Assembly: GCA_963665665.1 (NCBI GenBank)
Contig: OY762428.1
Location: 1,408,001 to 1,472,000, forward strand
Direction: 5' to 3'
Source of the DNA: Candidatus Kapaibacterium sp.
GTDB taxonomy: Bacteria; Bacteroidota; Ignavibacteria; Kapaibacteriales; UBA2268
DNA: 64,000 bases
The number at the start of each line of letters is the position of its first letter. Within the stretch, counting starts at the first letter, position 1. Under the pieces are notes generated by a model, which saw nothing but the letters and a program-made list of their open reading frames with translations, had not been told where the DNA came from and did no database searches. The translations under genes and the position numbers were made by a program. Positions 22,238-31,995 of this stretch are shown here, piece by piece.

Positions 22238-22477
22238 TTATTTTTGAAAAATTTCCTCTTTTATAATTTCCATCTCTTTATCAGTTAAATACTTTAAAAG
22301 TCGACGCTTTGCTTTTTGCATCGCAAGTATCCTGTCCCTATTCTTGTAATACCTTTCCCTCGCCTTAATTTTGATCCTTTCTTTATTATCCGGGTCAGAA
22401 TAATATGCCTTATTCATCGCCCTAATTTCCTCTTTAGAATAGCATTTTTTTCGCTGTGGCTGAAGCTTAATTTCCAT
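22238..22477 (-). CDS. Small basic helical hypothetical protein
   Basis: Y..N.ERI...ARERYYKNRDRI pattern common in phage proteins. Confidence 0.5.
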   Translation of the reverse strand: MEIKLQPQRKKCYSKEEIRAMNKAYYSDPDNKERIKIKARERYYKNRDRILAMQKAKRRLLKYLTDKEMEIIKEEIFQK

Positions 22478-22560
22478 AGGGATACCATGATAGTAGAACA
22501 TCAGTAGAACATTTTGTAAAAATACGCAAAATTTGACAAAAAACAGCACTTACTATTTAT

Positions 22561-22603
22561 CTGTTAATCAGAGGGTCCGCGGTTCAAGTCCGTGCTCAGG
22601 AGC
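22561..22603 (+). tRNA. 3' fragment of tRNA-Asn(GTT), attR-like duplication (not an intact gene)
   Basis: CTGTTAA anticodon loop, TCAGA, T-arm CGCGG-TTCAAGT-CCGTG, acceptor 3' strand CTCAGGAG; no 5' half upstream. Confidence 0.88.
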
Positions 22604-22611
22604 TTCAAAAC

Positions 22612-22645
22612 AAACCCGCTACAAATAGAACTGTAGCGGGTTTTT
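22612..22645 (+). terminator. tRNA-associated intrinsic terminator
   Basis: AAACCCGCTACA...TGTAGCGGGTTT followed by Ts. Confidence 0.85.
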
Positions 22646-22929
22646 ACGTTTTTTTTGTGGGGGGATGTGTGATTATCTCTTATTAATCATTATTTTTTGA
22701 CGGTTTTTATTAGAACTTTTTTGATACCATTCTATATCCAAATATTACAACAATGTTAATTTTCTCACGCATTTTTTCAGTATAGTCATTGCTAAATTCA
22801 TTCTCCTAAACTTGCCTTTCTCCGGAAAATTTGCGATATTGGAAATTGTAAATATTGGGGGTGCTCGACGATAGATTAAGGTTTTTATCAATCATTGGGG
22901 CGCTGAACATTTGGAAACCAGAGGAACAC

Positions 22930-25900
22930 ATGAAAAAAGCTATCCTTACACTATTATTCCTGCTGCCACTTGCAGCGCAGGCGCAAAGCCTTTCAGTATT
23001 CGATATTGACACAAGCAACTTTCCGGTTATGAAAGCCAAATTCTGGGCTTTTGATGAAAACGGAGAACAAATCAGGAACCTTTTAAATTCTGATTTTGAA
23101 ATCACCGAGGATGTTGAACAGAAAGATATGATTCGTGTTTCATGCCCGGATCAACCTGCGTTGCAGGCAATATCCAGCGTACTTACTATTGACATATCCG
23201 GTTCGATAACAGGGGACATACAAACACTGACCAGGAAAACGGCAGAAACATGGATCAATTTGCTGCCGTCCGGAGAATCGGAATGTGCAATTACTGCCTT
23301 CAATTCAAAAAATTATATGGTTCAGGACTTTACTAATGATAAATCCAGGCTGCTTGAAAAATTAAATTCCTTGAGCCAGGAAGGCAGTTCAAGTTTCGAT
23401 GCCGGTTTTATTAACCCGATGTCCGGAGCTTTGCTTGCGGCGGAAAAGGGTAAAAATAAAAAAGTTGTCGTGTTTATCACTGACGGTAATGCTGTTGGCG
23501 ATGAGCAGTCAATAATTCAAAAAGCAAATGAAGTTGACGCTCAGGTTTTCTGTCTTACGATCGGATCCGATAGTCCGGAAATTCTGAAAAACATCTCGGA
23601 ACAAACGGGCGGACAGTGGTTCGATAATATAAACACAATAGAAAAAGCAGAAGAAACTTGTTATAAAATATTACATATAGCACAAGGCGGCGAACCATGC
23701 GAAATTGAATGGGAAAGCAGCCTGAGATGCGATTATAGCAGGGTAGGTTTGCAGGTTTCAGTTCCGGCATTATCGCTACTAAGTTCTAATAGATATTTTC
23801 CCCCGGAAAGTTCAATAGCCGAACTAAAATTTTCTCCGATGGCAATTTATTTCAGAGATAAAGAACCGGGACAGACAGCGGATACTACAATAACAATTAC
23901 TGCAATTGGCAGCGATTATGTTATCACAGATATAATAAGTAGCTCCCCATATTTTGAAATTAATCCCAAATCTTTTACTCTGCCAGAAGGCGAGAGCAAA
24001 GAATTAACAGTTTCATATACCCCCGCCGACAGCTCATATACTTTTGTAAAATTTGCAATTGTAAATAATGTTTGCCCGGATAAATATTTTTATAGTTCCG
24101 GAGGTTTCAGCGGCATCCCGCCAAAGGAAAAGACCCTGAAACTTACACATCCGAATGGAGGAGAAAAATTTCTTGTCGGTAGCGATACTGTGATAACCTG
24201 GGAGGGCATTTTGCCATCTGATAAAGTATCATTGGATTACAGTATTGATAATGGCGAGAATTGGAATAAAATAACCGACAATGCTTATAATTTGAGATAT
24301 AGATGGGAAGATATTCCAAAAAAAGAATCAGACGAATGTTTAATCAGTATTTCTCAGGCAAGAAATCCGATTATTCCAGAAATTGAGTGGCAAAGATGTT
24401 ATGGTGGAAGCTCTGAAGATCAGGTAAGTTGTATAACCCAAACCGACGATAATGGATATATTTTTGCAGGTTTTACAAATTCTATTGATGGAAATGTATC
24501 AGGTAATCATGGTAAATTTGATTTCTGGATTACTAAAATTGATTTAATCGGAGCTATCAAATGGCAGAAATGTCTTGGTGGAAGTAATCGTGAGTATGCA
24601 AATTCAATAGAACAGACTATTGATGGGGGGTATATTGTTGCCGGATATACTTATTCTAATGATAATGATATATCAAGACAAAATGGTAAGGATGATTATT
24701 GGATCGTAAAGTTAAACGGATCAGGTGATATCGAATGGGAAAAATCTTTTGGAGGTAGTCATGAAGATATAGCAACTTCAGTAGCCCTAACTGACGATGG
24801 TGGATTTGTTATTGCAGGTCAATCAAGATCTAATGATGGTGATGTTACCGAAAATTACGGTTGGTTTGATATATGGCTTGTAAAATTGAGTAGTTCAGGA
24901 AACATGGTCTCCCAGAGAATATTAGGCGGCGATGAAAATGATATTGCCAGTTCGATACAGCAAACAAATGATAAGGGATTTATTCTGTCTGGGTACACAT
25001 ATTCGAATAATATTGATGTTAGTGGTTCTCACGGATGGGAAGATTATTGGATTGTTAAATTAAATTCCAAATTTGATATCCAATGGCAAAAGTGTTTTGG
25101 AGGAAGCGAGGATGATAAAGCAAAAAAAATTATTCAAACTACTGATAATGGATATATAATTATTGGTTCCACCCAGTCTCCAGATGGTGATGTAAGCAAT
25201 TGGAAGTCGGCAAGGGATTTTTGGGTAGTCAAAATAGATGAAAATGGTGAAATCCAATGGGAAAAATGTTTGGGAGGATTTAGTAATGATGTAGCATCAT
25301 CAATAATTCAAACATCTGATGGCGGATTTATTATTTTGGGTGTTTCTGAATCAGGTTTTATTGAGGGACCTAAAAATCATGGTGGTTGTGATTTTTTAAT
25401 TATCAAGCTCAGTTTTCAAGGTGAAATTGAATGGCAAAAATTTCTTGGAGGAACAGAATCTGATTGTCCAACATCAATTCAACAGACTAATGATGGAGGT
25501 TTTATTCTTTCTGGATATACTGAGTCTGATGATGGAGATGTATCAGGCAATCATGGGGATAGAGATGGTTGGATAGTAAAATTATCATCAGAGGGTAAAA
25601 TTGATCAATCCGACACATCCGATGCTGTTTTCTCCATTGTCGCTCCTCTCGCAGAAGCGCGAAGCATAGATATGGGCAGGGAAATAGTTGGCGATATGAA
25701 GGATTCCCTTTTCGTGGATTTTATTGTTAATACGGGAGAGTATAAGGTAAGGGTGGATTCTATATATTTCACAGGTGCTGATGCAAATGCTTTCGCGCAG
25801 GTTTCTGCTTTTCCTGTTTATGAAATTGATGTGAATAAAGCGCAATCTACTGAGTTCAGGTTTATACCCAATCGGGTTGGACTACATACTGCAAAGCTAA

Positions 25901-26580
25901 ATATAATTACACAGGCAGAAACACTGGAATATGATATTACCGGCATTGGCGAAGAAAGAAAACTGGAACTTGCCTGTGATATTCTGGACTTTGGCGAAGT
26001 AAAAACGGGTAGTGATAAGATTATTGCAGATACTGTGCTAATAAAGAATATTTCCTCGGAATCTATTAATATTACTAACGTTGGACAGCTCGGGCCGGAT
26101 ATGGATCAATTCCGGATTATCAGCGGGGGCGAAGCTTTTACATTGGCTCCCGGCGAAGAACAAGAAATGACTTTGCTATTCAAACCAATATATACAGGCA
26201 GAACTTCCGGCCAGATTGGGTTTGAATACGATGGTACAGGAAGCCCTGCCAAAGTGCAATTATTTGGTGAAGGTGTTAGCCAGACTGATATTGAAGAGGA
26301 TTACATCTTAACTGATGAGAATTGTCATTTACGTGTTTCGCCAAATCCATCGACCGGAATCCTTCAGGCTAAAATAAAATTATCAAATCCTGCCGAAATT
26401 GATTTGATAATTATTAATTCATTAGGTGAAAAAGTATCAGATATTTATTCCGGTTATGTCCAGGAAAAATCAGCTAATATATTCAAGGCTGATATCAGCA
26501 ACCTTGCCAACGGTGTTTATTATGTTATCCTGAAAACACCCAACCAGCATTTTTTTGAAAAGGTGTTGGTGATAAGGTAA
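22930..26580 (+). CDS. T9SS-secreted multidomain protein (VWA, Ig/choice-of-anchor-D-like, beta-propeller repeats, CTD)
   Basis: Signal peptide; DISGS and FITDG MIDAS motifs; seven WQKCxGGS-type repeats; SPNP...GVYYV...K CTD. Confidence 0.9.
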   Translation: MKKAILTLLFLLPLAAQAQSLSVFDIDTSNFPVMKAKFWAFDENGEQIRNLLNSDFEITEDVEQKDMIRVSCPDQPALQAISSVLTIDISGSITGDIQTLTRKTAETWINLLPSGESECAITAFNSKNYMVQDFTNDKSRLLEKLNSLSQEGSSSFDAGFINPMSGALLAAEKGKNKKVVVFITDGNAVGDEQSIIQKANEVDAQVFCLTIGSDSPEILKNISEQTGGQWFDNINTIEKAEETCYKILHIAQGGEPCEIEWESSLRCDYSRVGLQVSVPALSLLSSNRYFPPESSIAELKFSPMAIYFRDKEPGQTADTTITITAIGSDYVITDIISSSPYFEINPKSFTLPEGESKELTVSYTPADSSYTFVKFAIVNNVCPDKYFYSSGGFSGIPPKEKTLKLTHPNGGEKFLVGSDTVITWEGILPSDKVSLDYSIDNGENWNKITDNAYNLRYRWEDIPKKESDECLISISQARNPIIPEIEWQRCYGGSSEDQVSCITQTDDNGYIFAGFTNSIDGNVSGNHGKFDFWITKIDLIGAIKWQKCLGGSNREYANSIEQTIDGGYIVAGYTYSNDNDISRQNGKDDYWIVKLNGSGDIEWEKSFGGSHEDIATSVALTDDGGFVIAGQSRSNDGDVTENYGWFDIWLVKLSSSGNMVSQRILGGDENDIASSIQQTNDKGFILSGYTYSNNIDVSGSHGWEDYWIVKLNSKFDIQWQKCFGGSEDDKAKKIIQTTDNGYIIIGSTQSPDGDVSNWKSARDFWVVKIDENGEIQWEKCLGGFSNDVASSIIQTSDGGFIILGVSESGFIEGPKNHGGCDFLIIKLSFQGEIEWQKFLGGTESDCPTSIQQTNDGGFILSGYTESDDGDVSGNHGDRDGWIVKLSSEGKIDQSDTSDAVFSIVAPLAEARSIDMGREIVGDMKDSLFVDFIVNTGEYKVRVDSIYFTGADANAFAQVSAFPVYEIDVNKAQSTEFRFIPNRVGLHTAKLNIITQAETLEYDITGIGEERKLELACDILDFGEVKTGSDKIIADTVLIKNISSESINITNVGQLGPDMDQFRIISGGEAFTLAPGEEQEMTLLFKPIYTGRTSGQIGFEYDGTGSPAKVQLFGEGVSQTDIEEDYILTDENCHLRVSPNPSTGILQAKIKLSNPAEIDLIIINSLGEKVSDIYSGYVQEKSANIFKADISNLANGVYYVILKTPNQHFFEKVLVIR

Positions 26581-26613
26581 GAAGAGAAATCAATTAAACC
26601 AGAGGAACAGATG

Positions 26614-27299
26614 AGAAAAGCAATTATGGAATGCAGCGGATAAACTCCGTAAAAATATTTATGCAGCTGAATACTAACATATAGTTCAAAGGAATTACTC
26701 CAGGGGATTTTATCGACCAGAAAACTATTTCCGGGCCGCTTAGTTTGCAGGCCGAATCTGCATATCAATTTATTTTGCGCCATATTTCGCAGGGGTCTTC
26801 CTACGATGGCGTTTACAGGATTGACCGCTGGGAATATCCCGTTACAGCTATCAGGGAAGCCATTCGCAATGCTGTTATCCACAGGGATTATTCCCTGACT
26901 GGGAAAGATATTAAAATTACCGTATTCGATAATAAAATTGAGATCACAAGCCCCGGCAAGCTTCTTCCTACAGTTGATTTTGAGGAGATGGAAGCCGGTC
27001 AGTCCGATATTAGAAACATGGTGCTGGCGCCTGAATTTAAGAAATTTGGTATTATTGAGCAATGGGGCAACGGCCTTCAGCTTATTTCAGATGAAATGAA
27101 GCAATATCCGGAAATTGATATAAAATTGAACGAACCGGGCATGGCTTTTCGGATAAGCTTTATTAAGAGAGATTATATTGAGCAGCCCGAGTCAAGGCAA
27201 GAGTTGCAGCAAGAGACGGATGTAAATACGCCGGCATTTTTTGGGAATTATATTGATGTATATGATATTGCACAGGCCGTTGAGGACGAGGCTATAGTG
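26614..27299 (+). pseudogene. Mosaic relic of hsdM 5' end, AlbA_2 protein C-terminal half and hsdR internal fragment
   Basis: 26614-26682 resembles 7749-7817 (with internal TAA); 26684-27215 resembles 9908-10439; 27216-27299 resembles 16936-17019. Confidence 0.9.
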
Positions 27300-27300
27300 T

Positions 27301-27341
27301 GAACTGTAGCGGGTTTTTACGTTTTTTTGGGGGGGGATGTG
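27301..27341 (+). repeat. Direct repeat of 22628-22669 (right arm of the tRNA terminator plus T/G tract)
   Basis: GAACTGTAGCGGGTTTTTACGTTTTTTT...GGGGGGATGTG present at both positions. Confidence 0.9.
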
Positions 27342-27351
27342 ATAATATCAA

Positions 27352-28596
27352 CTAACCCAAAAGCCTGTTATAAGAATCGATATATTTCGATGCCACTACA
27401 GACATATCAAAATTTTCCTTCACACGGTATATACAATTAGAAGAAAACTGCCGATAAACATCTCCGTAAACAGCCAGGCGGGTTATTGCTTCAGCATATT
27501 TTTCATTATCACCGAAAGGAATCAGGAAGCCGTTTTTGCCGTCACGGATAATTTCTCGTGGGCCGTTAATATCGTATGATATAACCGGTTTTCCGGCAGC
27601 CAAGGATTCCAATGCCACAAGCGAGAAAGATTCCCATTCCGAACAAATTGCCGTTATATCCGAGGCAAAATATAACTGTTTCATCAGATCGGGATCGTTT
27701 ATCTGTCCCGTAAAAAATATTATATTACTCAATTCAGGAGTTACATCCGGTTGATTCCTCCCGACCGCAATTATTTTTGTTCTTGATTTTACATCCGGCT
27801 GGAGTAATTTAAAAATATCAATTAGCCGCTGAAAGCCTTTGTTCTGCCTTTGCAGGTCATCCGAAACAAAAAGAATAACAAAATCCTCCGGGCTTAGGCC
27901 TTTTTCCTGCCTGAATGAATTTCTGTTATTTTTATTGTATGCATTCAGATCAATACCATGGGGTATATGCTTATGTCCAGATCCGCTAAATACCACCGAG
28001 GCTCTTGACATATCCAATAAACCACGACTTGGAGAAGTGATAATTTTTTTATCATTTTTAGCAAACAATTCTATCTTTTTCTGTAATTGCTTTTGGGCGA
28101 GATATTTGCAAAACGCCCCTTCAATCTGCGGGCAGGGATAGCAGTTTCCGGTATAACCACTGCAATCAAAGGCTACGTGGCATCCGCCGGTAAAATAGTT
28201 CATATCGTGAAGCGTAATCAGCAGAGGTTTTTTATTCTTCTTCAGGAATGACGGCAGATCAATAAATTCAGATGTAAAATGCAGATGAATTAAATCGGCA
28301 TTCCTGTATTTGGCAGTAGAAGTCAGATCGAATAGTGAGTGGAGAAATGAAAATCCCTCGTAATCGTTTTTTCTTCCTAGAAGTTTCAGTCTGTCGAACT
28401 TAGGCCTGATATGGCGTTTGAAGAAACTGAGACCTGAGCCTTGATTTATATACTCAGTATTTTCAATACCCCCCGTATTTTTATCAAGCGCGAGAATATT
28501 TGATTCGATACCGTTCTTCAATAATTCACGGTGCAGCCTGATGCATGCAATCCCGGCGCCCCCTTTGTCTGAAGTTGTTATATGCAGAATATTCAT
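27352..28596 (-). CDS. Glycosyltransferase family 4
   Basis: GGAGIA, ITLHD...TGGCH, ESFSLVALESLAAGKPVI. Confidence 0.9.
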   Translation of the reverse strand: MNILHITTSDKGGAGIACIRLHRELLKNGIESNILALDKNTGGIENTEYINQGSGLSFFKRHIRPKFDRLKLLGRKNDYEGFSFLHSLFDLTSTAKYRNADLIHLHFTSEFIDLPSFLKKNKKPLLITLHDMNYFTGGCHVAFDCSGYTGNCYPCPQIEGAFCKYLAQKQLQKKIELFAKNDKKIITSPSRGLLDMSRASVVFSGSGHKHIPHGIDLNAYNKNNRNSFRQEKGLSPEDFVILFVSDDLQRQNKGFQRLIDIFKLLQPDVKSRTKIIAVGRNQPDVTPELSNIIFFTGQINDPDLMKQLYFASDITAICSEWESFSLVALESLAAGKPVISYDINGPREIIRDGKNGFLIPFGDNEKYAEAITRLAVYGDVYRQFSSNCIYRVKENFDMSVVASKYIDSYNRLLG

Positions 28597-28739
28597 TTTA
28601 TTTCCCAGTATTTTCCGCAATATAATGATTTGAAACCATATAATTGAATTAAAGGATTTGCGTGATAATTATTTCATTGTGATCAATAACGGAGAATTTG
28701 TCCATCGCGAAAAGCTGATAGTGATTTAACAAAAAAATT

Positions 28740-28772
28740 AAAGTCCGGCAGAATCAATCTGTCGGACTTTTT
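28740..28772. terminator. Terminator-like hairpin
   Basis: AAAGTCCGGCAGA-atcaa-TCTGTCGGACTTT. Confidence 0.6.
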
Positions 28773-28791
28773 GAATTTTCATTTTACGGAA

Positions 28792-29266
28792 TAAAAAAAC
28801 CCGGAATCTCAAGTATTCAATCAATTTGTTTTATTACATACCCAAACAAGAAATTTCCCCTTTTCTCTTTTCAAACAATTGAATAATTAATATTCCGGGT
28901 GAATCTTTATATTTCAAAGAATATTAGCGGATAAAAGCGGGCCGGACATCGTTCGATAAAGTCAGATTTTTCATTTTCAAGCGGAGACTTATATGAAAAA
29001 TAGGAGACACTTTCTCAACACAACCAATGACTAAATCAAAGTCAATCCGGACCATAATTAGAATGCCATCTATTACCCGGGGGATAATCAAATTTGAAAT
29101 TTTTAAATGCCTGAGACCTTAACCTACCCGAAGACACTCTGCCAATAAACTACTCATCAATCACCTATCACTTATCTCTCATCATGAGCCCCAGGCATTT
29201 ATAAAGTTTTTTCTTTCCCGAAGTAAATCCGCTGATTTATCCGTTTCGTACCGTGTTTTCAAATAA
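28792..29266 (-). ncRNA. Candidate ~470-nt structured ncRNA
   Basis: No ORF in the track; three ~100-nt stem-loop modules; TATATTTG promoter motif at 29273-29280 (minus); terminal stem plus U-tract. Confidence 0.45.
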
Positions 29267-29724
29267 CTGGTACAAATATACAGAACGAGGGTACGCAATG
29301 CTATAGCAGGAAACATGATTTGTTTGTAGTAATTTTACTACACAGGTGTAGAGCTAACATGACCCAATGCGTAACATGAGCGGAGAATTATTAAAAACAC
29401 AGCAAAAGACGCTGCGAATATAGTTCTATTGTATTAATTCCGTATTAATCAAATGTTAAAATTTCAGGTATTTAATATAATAGCTGAAATATATTTTTGT
29501 AATAACTAAAAATAACAGCTAAGAGAAATAATATTATGTTTGTTCTTACCTAATAATAAAATTATTACAGCCTTAATACCTTTTTTCCTTGAAAAAACCG
29601 CAATAATTACAATTCCCGATAAAACTTTTGCCATTGAAATAAGAAATTTTTGACATCAAGTCGTCCAATAAATAATAATTGCTGCCGTTTCTTGTCAGGT
29701 ATTTGAAAACTTTGAGAAAAAATT

Positions 29725-30345
29725 ATGCAGTTACCTGACTTCCTTCAGGAAAAATATACAGGATTAAAACCAGCTATTCAGAAAAGGCTTGCTGAATTTG
29801 CGACAGTTCCCGAAGAAGATTATTTTTATGAACTTTGCTTTTGTGTGTGTACTCCTCAGTCCAAAGCAAGAAGCGCCTATGCCGTGGAGCAAAAACTTCG
29901 GGCATCAGACTTCCAAAACAAGCCATACGACCCTACTCCTTTGCTCAGAGATCCCGAACATTATATCCGCTTCCATAATCAGAAAGCTGCACGCTTACTT
30001 TATGCAAGAGAATTTTTTCCTGTTATTAAGGAAAAACTTGATTCCGAAGAAACTCCTGAAGAAAAAAGATTATGGCTGGCAGATAATTTCAAAGGATTCG
30101 GGATGAAAGAATCTGCACATTACCTTAGGAATATCGGTTATCGGAATCTTGGTATCCTGGACAGGCATATTCTGAAGCATCTTGTTAGTTGCAGGGTTTT
30201 CGATGAAGTACCAAAAATTGGGAGCCGTAAAGCATACATGGAAACTGAAAAGAAGTATCTTGAATTTGCCAATAATGTAAAAATTCCTGTTGATGAACTT
30301 GACCTTCTTTTCTGGAGTTACGAGGCCGGAGAAATATTAAAATAA
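29725..30345 (+). CDS. ogg: N-glycosylase/DNA lyase (8-oxoguanine, Ogg2/thermostable type)
   Basis: ELCFC..TPQSKA, IRFHNQKA, KGFGMKESAHYLRNIG, ILDRHIL, ELDLLFW. Confidence 0.88.
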   Translation: MQLPDFLQEKYTGLKPAIQKRLAEFATVPEEDYFYELCFCVCTPQSKARSAYAVEQKLRASDFQNKPYDPTPLLRDPEHYIRFHNQKAARLLYAREFFPVIKEKLDSEETPEEKRLWLADNFKGFGMKESAHYLRNIGYRNLGILDRHILKHLVSCRVFDEVPKIGSRKAYMETEKKYLEFANNVKIPVDELDLLFWSYEAGEILK

Positions 30346-30475
30346 TACTGAATAAAAAAAAGTTCTTGAATTACAGGCTATTAAACCTTATTTTATTGCC
30401 GGATTAGGAGAAAATGAACGTTAGGAACTTGTACCTGCGCTTCTTACTCTGCTTTTATTTAATTCGGAGAAAGAA

Positions 30476-31624
30476 ATGGCTTGTAATTTTTTTAGTATAA
30501 TAAAAAAACTTGATAATCATTCGCCTTATTTTAAATCGGCAATATCAATATCTGAAATTTTTTTCGATTATGATTATGACTCCCAATTTCAACTTGCAGG
30601 GCTATTCTTCCCTGATTTTCTGAACGATAGAACCTGCAACGAAGAAATATCTTCAATTGCAGGTCAGGAAATAGCTGACCTGTGTGAACGCAGTATAATT
30701 GTTTTCAATAAAATCAGTGAGTCCGATCGTAGTTCAATCAGCACAAAAGAGTTCCCAATTGATGCTTTATTACTTATAAATGCACATTTGCTATCTGAAT
30801 TAAGAGAAATTTTCGAAAATTATATATCCATCGGCCGTGATGTATGGAAGGAATATAAAACCGGCAGCAAGGGTAAATTTGAACAGTTTCGTAAATTTGC
30901 CGATGTTCTTGAAAACAACAAAGATAGCAGGCTTGATATTCTAAGGGGGCCGTTCCAAAGGGAACTTGATGAATTCTATCTCAGGGTAAAAGATGATAAG
31001 TCGCGTCGCGGTGATTATATAGAGTGGGCGGACGTACTATCTATAATAAATTCCAACAAAAACAAAAATCCGTTGGCAATGGAAAAAATCGGGGAGAAAT
31101 TGTGGAATATTTTTGACGAGAAAGGCCTGACAAAATATGAGGATGAATTTGATAAAAAGAAAATTTTTCTGCGAATAATCACATTATTTGAAATTATCAG
31201 GGAATTTGAAAACCTCGCGGCTAATATCCTGATTACCGAGGCTGAAAACGATTACAGGTTGTACCTTTTAAATAATTTGAATATCGACTGTGAGTGCCTG
31301 CAAAGGATATCAGGAAATTATTATATTCAGTCCTCCGAATTGGAAACCCTGCTGAATTGTGCTATGAACAAAGAAAAAGACTGTATTGCTTCTGCCCTGA
31401 TCCAAAAATTCAACAAATACGAAATTTTTGAACTTCTCCTGTCCGGTTTTATCATCGATGATGATATTGAGGATGACGAAGAGCTGAGTGAAGAAGAAAT
31501 ACGTGAATTAACATTCGAGAATTGCTACAATCGTGTTCTTGCTGATGAAGACGGCCCCGGTGGCTACCGCGAAATGCGAATATTTGACTGGATAGGGAAT
31601 TCTTTTAAGTTAAAGGTATTATAG
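30476..31624 (+). CDS. Hypothetical acidic helical protein
   Basis: 382-aa ORF with no recognised motif. Confidence 0.65.
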   Translation: MACNFFSIIKKLDNHSPYFKSAISISEIFFDYDYDSQFQLAGLFFPDFLNDRTCNEEISSIAGQEIADLCERSIIVFNKISESDRSSISTKEFPIDALLLINAHLLSELREIFENYISIGRDVWKEYKTGSKGKFEQFRKFADVLENNKDSRLDILRGPFQRELDEFYLRVKDDKSRRGDYIEWADVLSIINSNKNKNPLAMEKIGEKLWNIFDEKGLTKYEDEFDKKKIFLRIITLFEIIREFENLAANILITEAENDYRLYLLNNLNIDCECLQRISGNYYIQSSELETLLNCAMNKEKDCIASALIQKFNKYEIFELLLSGFIIDDDIEDDEELSEEEIRELTFENCYNRVLADEDGPGGYREMRIFDWIGNSFKLKVL

Positions 31625-31719
31625 ATACTCGGAATAGAGTAAACTTTCTGGTAATATTTCTCTCTGAAAATTTAGCTATTTTTTTTATATTTATTTTTTT
31701 CAAAAACGGAGCTTAAGAA

Positions 31720-31995
31720 ATGGAACAGGAAAAAAAATATACTGCTAATCCAAATATTGTATTAAGAGTAGAATTTGATGACTGGGGAATATTATTTGAT
31801 CCTGATACCGGTAAAAGCAAAGGACTTTCTCCAACCGGGATTTTTATATGGCAAAAACTTGACGGCACAAGAACAAAAGATGAAATTCTGAAAGATCTTA
31901 ATGACGCATGCGAAGGCGGGATACCTGAAACAGCATCCGATGAATATGATGCTTTCATAGCCCAGCTACAGGAACTCGGGTATTTATCAGTATGA
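31720..31995 (+). CDS. scmD: PqqD-family RiPP recognition element (SynChlorMet ScmD-like)
   Basis: ANPNIVLRVEFDDWGILFDPDTG...LSPTGIFIWQKLDG...FIAQLQELGYL. Confidence 0.88.
   Translation: MEQEKKYTANPNIVLRVEFDDWGILFDPDTGKSKGLSPTGIFIWQKLDGTRTKDEILKDLNDACEGGIPETASDEYDAFIAQLQELGYLSV

Larger units (their letters stand above)
1..22603. mobile_element. Right part of an integrative genomic island (phage-satellite/IME-like) inserted at tRNA-Asn; integrase and intact tRNA presumably lie left of the window
   Basis: Ends at a tRNA-Asn 3' fragment (22561-22603). Contains a P4-type primase-helicase, an excisionase-like HTH, an XRE HTH and defence cargo. Confidence 0.75.

Noticed and set aside
22490-22603. 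Intact tRNA-Asn gene
   Set aside because: The acceptor 5' strand, D-arm and 5' anticodon stem are absent; only an att-type fragment remains.
26745-27302. Functional stand-alone ATP-binding protein
   Set aside because: An internal fragment with a TTG start and a chimeric hsdR tail; treated as a pseudogene.
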